DNA of 64,000 nt. Source: Sideroxydans sp. GTDB taxonomy: Bacteria; Pseudomonadota; Gammaproteobacteria; Burkholderiales; Gallionellaceae. The stretch spans positions 6,130-70,129 of the forward strand of contig JARCRQ010000012.1 in the NCBI GenBank assembly GCA_029850585.1, given 5' to 3'. The notes under the pieces were generated by a model that worked only from the letters and a program-made list of their open reading frames with translations, searched no databases and was not told the origin of the DNA. Position numbers and translations under genes: made by a program. Positions 21,801 through 31,381 of this stretch are shown in pieces (position 1 is the first letter of the stretch; each line of letters begins with the position of its first letter).

Positions 21801-21999
21801 GACTTCCATCGCGTTTATCGTCGGCGTATTGCCACTGGCGATTTCCACAGGCGCGGGTGCGCAAAGCCGCCATGCGATTGGTACGGGCGTGATGGGCGGG
21901 ATGATTGCGGCGACGGTGCTGGCGGTGTTTTTAGTGCCCGTATTTTTTGTGGTGGTGCGCAAAATTTTCCCAGGTCACACGCGCAATCAGCACCCTTAA
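18820..21999 (+). CDS. RND efflux permease (AcrB/MexB family)
   Basis: FFINRPIFAWV, GIVVDDAIVVVEN, KNAILIIEFA, RPILMTS motifs. Confidence 0.97.
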   Translation: MFAKFFINRPIFAWVIALIILLGGALALNNLPVSQYPSVAPPALSVSITYPGASAQVVEETSIALLEQEMNGIEHLLYMESASELGNGSITLTFEAGTNLDLASVETQNRIKRAEARLPEDVRRLGITVAKTARNYVMFVALFSPDKSLDDVALGSYATASVLDGIRRVPGVGEALLFGTEYSMRLWLNSDKLQHYKLSPADIAKAVRAQNSQLAVGELGQVPAVPGQQLNAVIVTKSRLSTPEEFGNIIVRTNPDGSSLRVKDVARVELGAQDYSRNARIDGQPTAAIAIRLSPGANALSTVRDVNAKMTELAKFFPNPPPQAGEGTNETLRVTPVKSLDWAVPYDTSKFIDISIKEVLKSLAEALLLVVLVMYLFLENWRATLIPAIVIPIALIGALVGLYLLGYSINVLTLFAMVLAIGIVVDDAIVVVENVERIMSTEGLSPREATRKAMEQIVGAIIAITLVLMAVFIPMAFFPGSTGAIYRQFAVTLVLTMMFSALMALTLTPALCATLLKHKTENLGANLLAGGGFFAWFNRLFSRSTNGYVNRVAKIAKKPARYLLIYAAIFIAMGWLFTKLPGSFLPEEDQGYFINVIQLPAGASKERTLAVLNQVEQFYLKQTEVEHVIGVAGFSFFGRGQNMAIAFVRLKGWDERPAANSSSTALVRKANMAMFGIKQAMIFAINPPPIPELAASGGFDLRLQDRGGLGREKLLEARNIALGMAAQNPVLAGVRPEGQEAGPQLFLDIDRVKAEALGVSITDLNDTLQATLGVAYINDFARQGRILRVQMQAEAALRSSPADILKLSIRNSRGGMVSLAELATPRWMVGAPKLDRYNGIAAMKISGAPAPGRSSGEAVAAMEQIAAKLPPGIGYEWSGTSFEERMSGQQAPLLFAISLFVVFLCLAALYESWSIPFAVLLVVPLGIFGAVLAVTLRGLPNDVYFKVGLIAIIGLSSKNAILIIEFARRLQDQGMGLIDATLEACRLRFRPILMTSIAFIVGVLPLAISTGAGAQSRHAIGTGVMGGMIAATVLAVFLVPVFFVVVRKIFPGHTRNQHP
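19770..19803 (+). repeat. CCCTC-type palindromic repeat inserted in frame in the RND gene
   Basis: CCCTAACCCTCCCCCGCAAGCGGGAGAGGGG encodes PNPPPQAGEG inside an insertion of about 19 aa. Confidence 0.75.
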
Positions 22000-22014
22000 A
22001 GCTGCGCCGATGAC

Positions 22015-23337
22015 TTAGATTTTGCGTACAAAAACTTTGGATTTGCGCTGATAGTTGTACAGCGATTTTTTCTGCGCGGGTAAGGCGGTGACATCACTTT
22101 CGACGAAGCCGCGTTCGACAAACCAATGCGCAGTTCGGGTGGTGAGGACAAATAGTTTTTTGAGTTTTTGCGCTTTCGCCAGCTCCGCCATGTAGTTCAA
22201 AATCGCTTCGCCATAGCCGCGATCGCGACATGATTCATCCACCGCGAGGCAGGCTAATTCGGCAGCCGCTTCGTCGGGAAATGGATAGAGCGCGGCGCAG
22301 CCGACAATGCGATGGTCGTGTTCCAACACCACAAAGCGAGCGATTTCGCGTTCTAATAATTCACGCGAACGGCGCACCAAAATGCCTTGCTCTTCGAGCG
22401 GGCGCAGCAGTTGCAACACGCCTCCCACGTCGTCGATATTGGCGGCGCGCAAGGTGTTCAGGGTGCTTTCCACCAGCATCGTGCCGATGCCCTCATCACT
22501 AAATAATTCTTGCAACACCGCGCCATCGGTATGGCGACTAACCAAATGGGTGCGCGCTACCCCCGCTTCGCAGGCGCGAATCGCGCACGGCAAAAACAAA
22601 TTCACGTCGTCGGGCAGTTTGCGTTTGCCTGCCAACACCGCTTGCGCTTGGCTGACGGTGAGTTCTTTGAGCAACTCGCCTTGCGCGTTTTGCACACCAT
22701 CGGTGTCCATCAAAAATACTAATTTATCGGCATCCAAAGCAATCGCGGTGGCGGTGGCGATGTCTTCCAAAGTGAGGTTGAACACTTCGCCCGTGGGGGA
22801 AAAACCGAGTGGCGAGAGCAACACCACTTCGCCGAATTCCATGCGGTCATTGAGCGCGGCAACATCGACTTTGCGCACGCAACCCGTGTGTTGCAAATCC
22901 ACGCCGTTAATCACGCCGATGGGACGCGCGGTAATAAAATTGCCCCCCGCCACGCGAATGTCGGCGTTCGCCATCGGCGAATTCGCCAAGCCCATCGACA
23001 GCAACGCTTCAATCTCCAAGCGCACCCGCCCGACCGCTTCTTTGACGCATTGCAAGGTCTGCGCATCAGTCATGCGGATGCCTTGGTGATAGCTGTCGCC
23101 GAGATTATTTTTGGCTAAATGCGCCTCGATTTGCGGGCGCGCGCCATGCACCAACACCAAGCGCACGCCTAAGCTGGCGAGCAAATTAAAGTCGTGAGTG
23201 AGTTCGACAAACTTGCCATCCGCGACCACTTCGCCACCAAAGGCAATGACAAACGTCTTGCCGCGAAACGCGTTGATGTAGGGCGCGACGGAGCGAAACC
23301 AAGCAACGAAAGCAGCGGGAGAAGTTTTGATAGGCAT
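22015..23337 (-). CDS. argA: N-acetylglutamate synthase
   Basis: WFRSVAPYI, LVHGARPQI; AAK domain plus GNAT domain. Confidence 0.96.
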   Translation of the reverse strand: MPIKTSPAAFVAWFRSVAPYINAFRGKTFVIAFGGEVVADGKFVELTHDFNLLASLGVRLVLVHGARPQIEAHLAKNNLGDSYHQGIRMTDAQTLQCVKEAVGRVRLEIEALLSMGLANSPMANADIRVAGGNFITARPIGVINGVDLQHTGCVRKVDVAALNDRMEFGEVVLLSPLGFSPTGEVFNLTLEDIATATAIALDADKLVFLMDTDGVQNAQGELLKELTVSQAQAVLAGKRKLPDDVNLFLPCAIRACEAGVARTHLVSRHTDGAVLQELFSDEGIGTMLVESTLNTLRAANIDDVGGVLQLLRPLEEQGILVRRSRELLEREIARFVVLEHDHRIVGCAALYPFPDEAAAELACLAVDESCRDRGYGEAILNYMAELAKAQKLKKLFVLTTRTAHWFVERGFVESDVTALPAQKKSLYNYQRKSKVFVRKI

Positions 23338-23352
23338 GATGATTTAACCTGT

Positions 23353-23518
23353 AAATGGTGAATGGGGCGGCGCTTTGCGCCTAAGTAGTAAGTGGGAACA
23401 ACAGTGCACTGGGTTTAGCGTGTGTGGTCGGGGATATTATCTTTTTACAACCACGGACAGCCGTTGCGGGCTTCCACTTACCACTTAAGGCACACAGTGC
23501 CGCCCCACTCACCACTTT
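23353..23518. repeat. inverted pair of ~45-bp heptamer-based repeats
   Basis: Arms 23353-23396 and 23472-23518 are near reverse complements, consensus AGTGGTGAGTGGGGCGGCACT..TGCCT.AAGTGGTAAGTGG. Confidence 0.65.
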
Positions 23519-24249
23519 CACAAAAAATCCCCCCACTGCATTTGCAAGGCGGTGAGTCCTGCTAGTGCAGCGGTTTCGGTGCGCAACACGCGTGCGCCTA
23601 AGCGGATGGGGGTAAATCCGCAACTCAACGCGCTGTCGCTTTCAGTTTTAGTAAAGCCGCCTTCCGCGCCAATTAGCAGCACCGCTTTTTCAACGGGGCG
23701 CACTTGCGTGTGCAGCGATTGCGCGCCAGTGGGCAGCAAAATAAAACGGCTATAAGGCTGGCTGCGCATGGCTTGCAGCCACACCATGATGTCGAGCGGC
23801 GCATGAATGATTGGCAGCGTGTTGCGCCCGCATTGTTCGCAGGCGGCAATCGCCACTTGTTGCCAATGCGCCATGCGTTTTTCAGCGCGCTCGGCGGACA
23901 GGCGAGCGACGCTGCGCTCGGTGTCGAGCGGCTGAATTTCGTTCACGCCGAGTTCCGTGGCTTTTTGGATAATCCAATCCATTTTTTCGCTGCTGCATAA
24001 AGCCTGTCCCAACACGCTGTGCAGCGGTGATTCGCGCATCGCATCGACCGCCTTGAGCTCGCCCAACACCACCCGCTTACCCGTTAAATCGGCAATCACA
24101 GCGTGACATTCCGTGCCTTGCCCATCAAAAATCTCGACTTGATCGCCGACGCGTAAGCGCAACACGCGCGCGGCGTGATGCGCAGCATCGGGCGGCAAAT
24201 CAAAGTTGCCAGTGTGCGGAATGGGGGCGGGGCAATAAAAGCGTGGCAT
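23518..24249 (-). CDS. rsmE: 16S rRNA m3U1498 methyltransferase
   Basis: HAARVLRL, QKATELGV, IGAEGGF, LRTETA motifs. Confidence 0.97.
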   Translation of the reverse strand: MPRFYCPAPIPHTGNFDLPPDAAHHAARVLRLRVGDQVEIFDGQGTECHAVIADLTGKRVVLGELKAVDAMRESPLHSVLGQALCSSEKMDWIIQKATELGVNEIQPLDTERSVARLSAERAEKRMAHWQQVAIAACEQCGRNTLPIIHAPLDIMVWLQAMRSQPYSRFILLPTGAQSLHTQVRPVEKAVLLIGAEGGFTKTESDSALSCGFTPIRLGARVLRTETAALAGLTALQMQWGDFL

Positions 24250-24409
24250 GGTTTTTAGTTGTGAGCAGTCGTCATTAGTTGGTAGCAGATAGTCAAAGCG
24301 AGCTTGTGATAACTAGTCACTATGGACTAGCGACTAGCCTGTAACTAGCTAGCCCGTGATAATATCGCGCCTCAAAAAAAACAGCAGCAAAATTTTAGGA
24401 GTAGATGTC

Positions 24410-24964
24410 ATGGTTAGTTTGCAGCCGCCGTTGTGCGACTTTGGTTGGAAAGCCCCCGATTTTGATTTGCTCGGCGTCGATGGCGTGCGCTACAACCTCG
24501 CTAACGCAGCAGGTAAAAATGGTTTGCTGGTGATGTTCATCTGCAACCACTGCCCGTATGTAAAATCCATCCGCGAACGCCTCGTGCGCGACACGCTAGA
24601 ACTTAAAGCGCATGGCATTAACAGCATCGCGATTATGTCCAACGACCCTGCTGATTATGAGGAAGACTCGTTCGACAATATGCGCAGCATCGCGCAACAG
24701 TACGGTTATCCCTTCCCTTACGTCATCGACGCGACCCAACAAATTGCCAAAAATTATGATGCGGTGTGTACGCCCGATTTCTTTGGCTTTAATGCCAAGT
24801 TGGAGCTGCAATATCGCGGTCGCTTAGACGCATCGCGCAAAGAAACCGCACCTGACGCACCACGTGATTTATTTAACGCCATGTTGCAAGTGGCACAAAC
24901 AGGATTAGGACCAGCTGAGCAAATCGCCAGCATGGGTTGCTCTATCAAATGGAAATCAGTATGA
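24410..24964 (+). CDS. thioredoxin/AhpC-TSA family protein
   Basis: FICNHCPYV, AVCTPDFF, MGCSIKW motifs; GGAG RBS. Confidence 0.9.
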   Translation: MVSLQPPLCDFGWKAPDFDLLGVDGVRYNLANAAGKNGLLVMFICNHCPYVKSIRERLVRDTLELKAHGINSIAIMSNDPADYEEDSFDNMRSIAQQYGYPFPYVIDATQQIAKNYDAVCTPDFFGFNAKLELQYRGRLDASRKETAPDAPRDLFNAMLQVAQTGLGPAEQIASMGCSIKWKSV

Positions 24965-25773
24965 ATAGCCACGCACCAAAAGGCATGAGTGCCGTTCTCA
25001 AAGCAGTGGTCGCTGCCGTTAAATTAGTTGCCGCTGAAGAAGTGATGCCGCGTTATCACAAGGTTACCCGCCAAGTGAAAAGCGATGGCAGTTTATGCAC
25101 CGAAGCTGACACCGCCGCGCAAGCCGCGCTGATTAAAAAGCTGCAAGCGATTGTGAATGTACCCGTGTTGGGCGAAGAAATGTCCGCTGCCGAACAACGC
25201 GCGCTATGGGAGGCAGGCTATGACGGGCTGTGGTGTATCGACCCGATAGATGGCACGTCAAATTTTGTGCGTGGTGTGCCGTACTTCGCGATTTCGGTCG
25301 CCTTGTTGCGCGAACATAAATCTGTCATCGGGGTGGTGTATAACCCCGTCTCGGATGAGTTGTTCGCCGCTGAAGCGGGCAAAGGTGCGTTCTTAAATGG
25401 CGATAAATTGGTGGTGCGTGAATCGGCTACCAGCTTGGCAGAATCGCTGGCAAGCGTGGATTTGAAACGCTTATCGCCCGCCCTACTGAAGAAATTTTCA
25501 GCTCAACCGCCGTATGCCTCGCAACGTAATTTTGGCGCGAGCGCGCTGGACTGGTGTTACACCGCAACAGGTCGTTACGACGTGTATTTGCACGGCGGAC
25601 AAAAGTTGTGGGACTACGCGGCTGGCGCGTTAATCGGTGAAGAATCGGGCTCGTATGCGTGCTGCATTGAGCAAGATGAATTCGCGCAAGGCGATGTGTG
25701 GCAACGCTCAGTCGTTGCGGCGCGTGATGCGACCGTGTTTGAAGAATGGAAAACTTGGATACGTCAACACTAG
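24961..25773 (+). CDS. inositol monophosphatase family protein
   Basis: LGEE, DPIDGTSNF, WDYAAG motifs. Confidence 0.9.
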   Translation: MNSHAPKGMSAVLKAVVAAVKLVAAEEVMPRYHKVTRQVKSDGSLCTEADTAAQAALIKKLQAIVNVPVLGEEMSAAEQRALWEAGYDGLWCIDPIDGTSNFVRGVPYFAISVALLREHKSVIGVVYNPVSDELFAAEAGKGAFLNGDKLVVRESATSLAESLASVDLKRLSPALLKKFSAQPPYASQRNFGASALDWCYTATGRYDVYLHGGQKLWDYAAGALIGEESGSYACCIEQDEFAQGDVWQRSVVAARDATVFEEWKTWIRQH

Positions 25774-25779
25774 GAAATT

Positions 25780-26808
25780 ATGTTTGCAAAATTACTCGCT
25801 GTCGCTCTGACTTGCTGTGCCAGCAACGCTTATAGCGACAGCATTTTTGGCGTAGGGGCAACGTTCCCCAATAGTGTTTACCAAGCCTGGGGCAAGGCTT
25901 ACCAAGCCGAAACCGGCAACCAGCTCATCTATACCCCCGTTGGTTCAGGCAAAGGACTCGCCGCTATCATCGCCGCTAAGACCGACTTTGGCGCAAGTGA
26001 CAAGCCGCTCAAAATGGACGAGCTGAAGAAAAGCAATCTGCTGCAATTCCCCATGGTGATAGGCGGGGTCGTCCCTGTGGTTAATCTCAAAGGCATCGCA
26101 AGTGGTGAATTAGTGCTGAATGGCGCAACCCTCGCCGCGATTTTTATGGGGCAAGTCACGCGCTGGAATGACCCCGTGATACGCGCCCTGAATCCCAGCG
26201 TGAAGTTGCCTGATGCTGAAATTATTGTCGTCACACGCAGCGACAAATCAGGCACAACCTTTAACTTCAGTAATTATTTGAGCAAAGTCAGTCCCGATTG
26301 GCGCACCAAACTAGGGGAAGGATTACACCTAGCCTGGCCTGTTGGCATCGCTGCCGAAGGCACTAAAGGCGTGGCAAAACAGCTTAGCGAGACCGCTAAT
26401 TCGATTAGCTATATGGACTTGGCGGATGCGCAAGCGCGTCAGTTGAGCAGCGTCAAAATGTTTAATCGCAACGGCACGCTCGTGACACCCAATGCCGCTT
26501 CATTTGCGGCGGCAGCAGCGGCAGCGAAATGGTCCGCAGCAACGGGCTATTACGAGATTTTGACCGACCAAGCAGGCGCGAATAGCTGGCCGATTACGGC
26601 CGCCACTTTCATCTTATTAGAGCGCACCCAAATCACTCCCGAACGCGGTGCGGCAGCACTTAAATTCTTCGACTGGGCGTATCGCCACGGCAATGACATT
26701 GCGCACACCTTGCACTATGTGCCGTTGCCTGACAGCGTGGCAGAAGGCGTGCGTGCTGCCTGGCACAACGGCGTAACAGATAAAATGGGTGTGGCAATTT
26801 GGCGGTAA
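25780..26808 (+). CDS. pstS: phosphate ABC transporter substrate-binding protein, copy 1
   Basis: GATFP, GSGKG, FGASD, RSDKSGTT, WPI motifs. Confidence 0.9.
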   Translation: MFAKLLAVALTCCASNAYSDSIFGVGATFPNSVYQAWGKAYQAETGNQLIYTPVGSGKGLAAIIAAKTDFGASDKPLKMDELKKSNLLQFPMVIGGVVPVVNLKGIASGELVLNGATLAAIFMGQVTRWNDPVIRALNPSVKLPDAEIIVVTRSDKSGTTFNFSNYLSKVSPDWRTKLGEGLHLAWPVGIAAEGTKGVAKQLSETANSISYMDLADAQARQLSSVKMFNRNGTLVTPNAASFAAAAAAAKWSAATGYYEILTDQAGANSWPITAATFILLERTQITPERGAAALKFFDWAYRHGNDIAHTLHYVPLPDSVAEGVRAAWHNGVTDKMGVAIWR

Positions 26809-26868
26809 ACGGCGCGTCATGCAATGACGCATTTTTTAACAGTAACGACAAGAGAGCGAGCATAAAAA

Positions 26869-27906
26869 ATGAAACAAAGCAGCTTAAATAAAGTATTGGC
26901 AGTGAGCCTGATGGTGTGGGCAGGTTACGCGCAAGCGGGTGCATTTTTTGGGGCGGGCGCGAGCTTCCCTAAAACTGCCTATCAGGCGTGGGGCAAGGCT
27001 TACAAGGCAGAGACGGGCAATGTATTGATTTACACCGCCGTCGGCTCAGGCAAAGGTTTGGCAGAAATTGTCGCGGCGCGCACGGACTTTGGCGCATCGG
27101 ATAAACCGTTTAGCCAAGCCGAACTTGAGCAAAATAATTTAATGCAATTCCCCACCTTAATCGGTGGCGTAGTACCCGTATTAAACGTCCAAGGCATTGC
27201 TGATGAGCAGCTGCAATTAGATGGTGCAGTACTCGCAGCGATTTATATGGGCAAAATTACGCGTTGGAACGATGCCGCAATTAAAGCCTTAAATCCTAGC
27301 GTGAGCTTGCCCGCTGAAGCGATTGTGGTCATCCATCGCGACGACAAATCGGGTGGCACTTTCGTGTTGAGCAACTACTTATCTAAAGTCAGCAGTGCTT
27401 GGAAAAGCAGCCTAGGCGAAGGTTTTACTTTGGATTGGAAAAATGGCAACGGCGTAGCAGGCGCGGCAGCGATGGCGCAAACCGTGCGCAGTACGCCGAA
27501 TGCAATTGGCTATATGGATTTTGCCGATATGGATAAAAAGCACATGGCTTCAATTAAATTACGCAATGCTGCGGGGCTATTTGTCGCGGCGGAAGTTCCC
27601 AGCTTTGCGGCAGCGGCATCCGCTGCGCAATGGAATATGGCGAATGGCTTTAATGAAGTGTTGACCAATCAAGCGGGCGACAAGAGCTGGCCGATGACTT
27701 CAGCGACTTTTGTGCTGATTGAACGCAGCCCCGCCGTGCCAGAAAATGTCGCGGCGAGCTTAAAGTTTTTTGATTGGGCGTATCGCAACGGTGATGTCAT
27801 CGCGGTCGATTTAGGCTATGTACCTCTGCCTGACAGCGTGGTGGCGTTGGTGCGGAGCGCGTGGAAAAGTGAAATCAAAAATCGGGCGGGGCAGTCGTTA
27901 TTTTAA
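26869..27906 (+). CDS. pstS: phosphate ABC transporter substrate-binding protein, copy 2
   Basis: GASFP, GSGKG, FGASD, RDDKSGGT motifs. Confidence 0.85.
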   Translation: MKQSSLNKVLAVSLMVWAGYAQAGAFFGAGASFPKTAYQAWGKAYKAETGNVLIYTAVGSGKGLAEIVAARTDFGASDKPFSQAELEQNNLMQFPTLIGGVVPVLNVQGIADEQLQLDGAVLAAIYMGKITRWNDAAIKALNPSVSLPAEAIVVIHRDDKSGGTFVLSNYLSKVSSAWKSSLGEGFTLDWKNGNGVAGAAAMAQTVRSTPNAIGYMDFADMDKKHMASIKLRNAAGLFVAAEVPSFAAAASAAQWNMANGFNEVLTNQAGDKSWPMTSATFVLIERSPAVPENVAASLKFFDWAYRNGDVIAVDLGYVPLPDSVVALVRSAWKSEIKNRAGQSLF

Positions 27907-27941
27907 GTGGTACTAACTAGAACTATCTTCAGGGACACGCG

Positions 27942-29315
27942 GTGAAAATTTTAATTTTGGGTGCGGGGCAAGTCGGCTCCTCAGTAGCGGAAAGTTTGGT
28001 CGGCGAAGCCAATGACATTACCGTGGTGGATTCGGATAGTTTGAAATTGCAGCAACTGCAAGATTGCTTGGATTTGCGCACCCTAACGGGCAATGCCTCG
28101 CACCCTGCGGTACTCGAAAATGCGGGCATTGCCGACACCGATATGTTGCTGGCAGTCACCCAAAGCGACGAGGTGAATATGCTGGCGTGCAAGCTGGCGG
28201 CGAGCTTGTACAACACCCCGACGCGCATCGCACGCATTCGCGCCTCCGAATATCTCGAACGCCCCGAAGTGTTCAGCCGCGATAATTTTTGCGTGGATTT
28301 TTCCATCTGCCCTGAGCAAATTCTCACCGACTACATCGCCAAGCTCATCGAGTTTCCCGAAGCCTTGCAGGTGCTGGAATTCGCCGATAAAAAAGTCAAA
28401 TTAGTGGCGGTAAAAGCCTTTGCGGGCGGGCCGCTGGTGGGGCGACCGCTGAGTTTAATGCGCGCCCACATGCCCAACGTGGAAACGCGCGTCGCCGCGA
28501 TTTTCCGTAAAGACCGCGCCATTACCCCCGAAGGCAGCACCGTCATCGAAGACGGCGATGAGATTTTCTTTATCGCCGCGACCAACAATATCCGCAGTGT
28601 GTTAAGCGAAATGCGCCGTATGGACAAGCCCGCCAAGCGCGTGATGATAGTGGGCGGCGGCAATATCGGACGACGTTTGGCAAAGGCTTTAGAAAACACT
28701 TACCAAGTCAAACTCATCGAATTCAGCAAAAAAGTGTGCGCCAAATTGGCGGAAGATTTGAGCAACACTTTGGTGCTGAACGGCGACGGCACCGATGAAA
28801 AATTGATGCAGCAAGAGCATGTCGAAGAGATTGATGTGTTTTGCGCGCTGACCAATGACGACGAAAACAACATCATGTCCGCGTTGCTGGCAAAGCAAGG
28901 CGGCGCGCGCAAAGTGATTGCGCTGATTAACCGCAGCGCGTACGTCGATTTGGTGCAAGGCGGCAAAATCGACATCGCGCTGTCGCCCGCGCAAGTCACC
29001 ATCGGCTCACTGTTGGCGTATGTGCGGCAAGGCGATGTGGTCGCGGTGCATTCATTGCGGCGCGGCGCGGCGGAAGCCTTGGAGCTAGTCGCGCACGGCG
29101 ATCGCAAATCATCGCGCATCGTCGGGCGACGCATCGACGAAATCGACTTGCCGCGTGGTGCCACTATCGGCGCGTTGGTACGGCGCAACGAGGTCATCAT
29201 TGGTCATCACGATGTGGTTATCGAGGCAGAAGATCACGTCATCGTGTTTGTCATCGACAAAAAAATGGTCGGCAAAGTTGAAAAATTATTCCAAGTTAAT
29301 CTGGGCTTTTTCTGA
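27942..29315 (+). CDS. trkA: Trk potassium uptake regulatory subunit
   Basis: Two RCK domains (GAGQVG, GGGNIG). Confidence 0.96.
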   Translation: MKILILGAGQVGSSVAESLVGEANDITVVDSDSLKLQQLQDCLDLRTLTGNASHPAVLENAGIADTDMLLAVTQSDEVNMLACKLAASLYNTPTRIARIRASEYLERPEVFSRDNFCVDFSICPEQILTDYIAKLIEFPEALQVLEFADKKVKLVAVKAFAGGPLVGRPLSLMRAHMPNVETRVAAIFRKDRAITPEGSTVIEDGDEIFFIAATNNIRSVLSEMRRMDKPAKRVMIVGGGNIGRRLAKALENTYQVKLIEFSKKVCAKLAEDLSNTLVLNGDGTDEKLMQQEHVEEIDVFCALTNDDENNIMSALLAKQGGARKVIALINRSAYVDLVQGGKIDIALSPAQVTIGSLLAYVRQGDVVAVHSLRRGAAEALELVAHGDRKSSRIVGRRIDEIDLPRGATIGALVRRNEVIIGHHDVVIEAEDHVIVFVIDKKMVGKVEKLFQVNLGFF

Positions 29316-30772
29316 TGAAACGCACCCTCACCGTGGTTCACGCATTGGGCTTGATGCTGGCGGTTTTTAGCCTCACCTATCTCATGCCCATTTTGGCTTC
29401 GCTGATTTATCACGACGGCACGGCGATAGATTTTATTTACGCCCTGTTGGCGACCGCGCTCATCGGCGTGCTGTTGTGGTTGGTGTCGTATCGCCAGCGC
29501 GGCGAACTATCCATCCGCCACGGCTATTTGTTGGTGGTCGCGATGTGGACGGCGATGCCCGCCGTGGCGACGCTGCCCTTGCTGTTGGTGCTGCCCGACC
29601 TGTCCTTCACCGATGCGTATTTTGAAACCATGTCGGGCTTGACCACCACGGGCGCGACCGTGCTGACAGGCTTAGAAAATTTGCCGCCCGCTATCAACAT
29701 CTGGCGACACGAACTCAACTGGTTAGGCGGTATGGGCATTATCGTATTGGCAGTTGCCATCTTGCCGCTGCTCGGCATCGGCGGACGACAACTGTTCAAA
29801 GCCGAAACGCCAGGGCCGATGAAAGATGCCGCGCTCACCCCGCGCATCACCGAAACCGCGCGCAACTTATGGTTGGTCTATTTGGCGATTACCTTGGCAT
29901 GTATCGCCTCACTCAAAGTCGCGGGGATGAACTGGTTGGATGCGATTTGCCATGCTTTTGCCGCGATGGGTTTGGGTGGATTTTCGACCTATGACGCGAG
30001 CGTCGGACACTTTGATTCGCCCGTGATTGAAGCCGTACTTATCGTGTTTATGTTGATAGCGGCGATGAATTTCGCCACGCATTTTTTGGTGTGGCGCGGC
30101 AAATCTTTTAAGCCTTATGCGCATGATAAAGAAGGCTTGGCAACGATCGCAGCAATCGTGCTGAGCTGTATCGGCATTGCGGCTTTTCTGTATCAGCAAG
30201 GCACTTATACGAATTTTTGGACGGCGTTGCGCCACGCCAGTTTTAACTTGGTGTCGGTCGCCACCGACTGCGGTTTTGCCAGCCAAGATTTCAATCTCTG
30301 GCCGATTTTCGCGCCGATGTGGATGTTGTTATTGAGCAGCGTGGTGGCGAGTTCGGGCTCGACGGGCGGCGGCATCAAAATGGTACGCACGCTGATTTTG
30401 TTCAAACAAGGCGGACGCGAATTGCACAAGTTGCTGCATCCTGCGGCGGTCAATCCGATGAAAATTGGCGGCGCAGTCATTCCCAATAACGTGGTGTTCG
30501 CGGTGTTGGGGTTTATCTTTTTATACTTTATGACCGTGGTCACGCTGACCTTTGCCTTGCTGATAAGCGGCTTAGATTTTATCTCGGCGTTTTCCGCCAT
30601 CATCGCCTGTATCAATAACGCAGGCCCTGGCTTAGGCGTGGTCGGGCCCGCCAGTAATTTCGGGGGACTGACCGATTTTCAAACTTGGGTGTGCACCACT
30701 GCCATGCTGGTAGGACGCTTAGAAATTTTTACAGTTTTGATTTTATTTACCCCTCAGTTTTGGCGACGTTAA
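29315..30772 (+). CDS. trkH: Trk potassium uptake membrane subunit
   Basis: TTTGAT, GGFS, STGGGIK, NNAGPG pore motifs. Confidence 0.96.
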   Translation: MKRTLTVVHALGLMLAVFSLTYLMPILASLIYHDGTAIDFIYALLATALIGVLLWLVSYRQRGELSIRHGYLLVVAMWTAMPAVATLPLLLVLPDLSFTDAYFETMSGLTTTGATVLTGLENLPPAINIWRHELNWLGGMGIIVLAVAILPLLGIGGRQLFKAETPGPMKDAALTPRITETARNLWLVYLAITLACIASLKVAGMNWLDAICHAFAAMGLGGFSTYDASVGHFDSPVIEAVLIVFMLIAAMNFATHFLVWRGKSFKPYAHDKEGLATIAAIVLSCIGIAAFLYQQGTYTNFWTALRHASFNLVSVATDCGFASQDFNLWPIFAPMWMLLLSSVVASSGSTGGGIKMVRTLILFKQGGRELHKLLHPAAVNPMKIGGAVIPNNVVFAVLGFIFLYFMTVVTLTFALLISGLDFISAFSAIIACINNAGPGLGVVGPASNFGGLTDFQTWVCTTAMLVGRLEIFTVLILFTPQFWRR

Positions 30773-30970
30773 AGTGAAGAATCGTCGTTAGCGGGTCGTC
30801 GTTAGTATCGGCGACCCCGTACCCGCAACGCGCTTTTACATCCGTGGGCAATTAAACAGTGTGAACGGGCATGACAAAGCCCTACAAAGTGGGCTACTAT
30901 CGGAGCTTGGTTGTAAAACTATGTATATCGTTATAACAAAGTGCATTCAGCACAATCAGGGAGCGAAAAC

Positions 30971-31381
30971 GTGAGTGCAGAGCAGCCTTTAGCGGGCATC
31001 AAAGTCGTGTTAATCGACGACAGCAACACCATCCGTCGCAGCGGTGAAATTTTCTTGAAGCAAGCAGGTTGCGAAGTCGCTCTCGCAGAAGATGGTTTCG
31101 ATGGCTTGTCTAAAGTAGTTGAGCATCAGCCACATTTGATTTTTATCGACGTGATGATGCCGCGCTTGGATGGTTATCAAGCCTGCGCCCTGATTAAAAA
31201 CAATCCGCAGTTCAAACATATTCCCGTGGTGATGTTGACCAGTAAAGACACGCTGTTTGACCGCGCACGCGGCAAATTAGTCGGCTCGGATCAATACCTC
31301 ATCAAACCGTTTAACAAACAAAACATCGTCGAAACCGTGCTGATGCACACCCGCAAAGAGGAAATGAATTATGGCTATTAA
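30971..31381 (+). CDS. pilG: twitching motility response regulator PilG
   Basis: DDSNTIRRS, DVMMPRLDGYQACALIK, KDTLFDRARG motifs; GTG start with GGGAG RBS. Confidence 0.9.
   Translation: MSAEQPLAGIKVVLIDDSNTIRRSGEIFLKQAGCEVALAEDGFDGLSKVVEHQPHLIFIDVMMPRLDGYQACALIKNNPQFKHIPVVMLTSKDTLFDRARGKLVGSDQYLIKPFNKQNIVETVLMHTRKEEMNYGY

Noticed and set aside
17561-21999. RND operon lacks an outer-membrane factor
   Set aside because: This is common; TolC/OprM-type genes are often unlinked.
24260-24355. CTAG-rich stretch with GACTAGC repeats, and the TCGTCGTTAG direct repeat at 30782-30805
   Set aside because: Too short and irregular to assign a structure or function.
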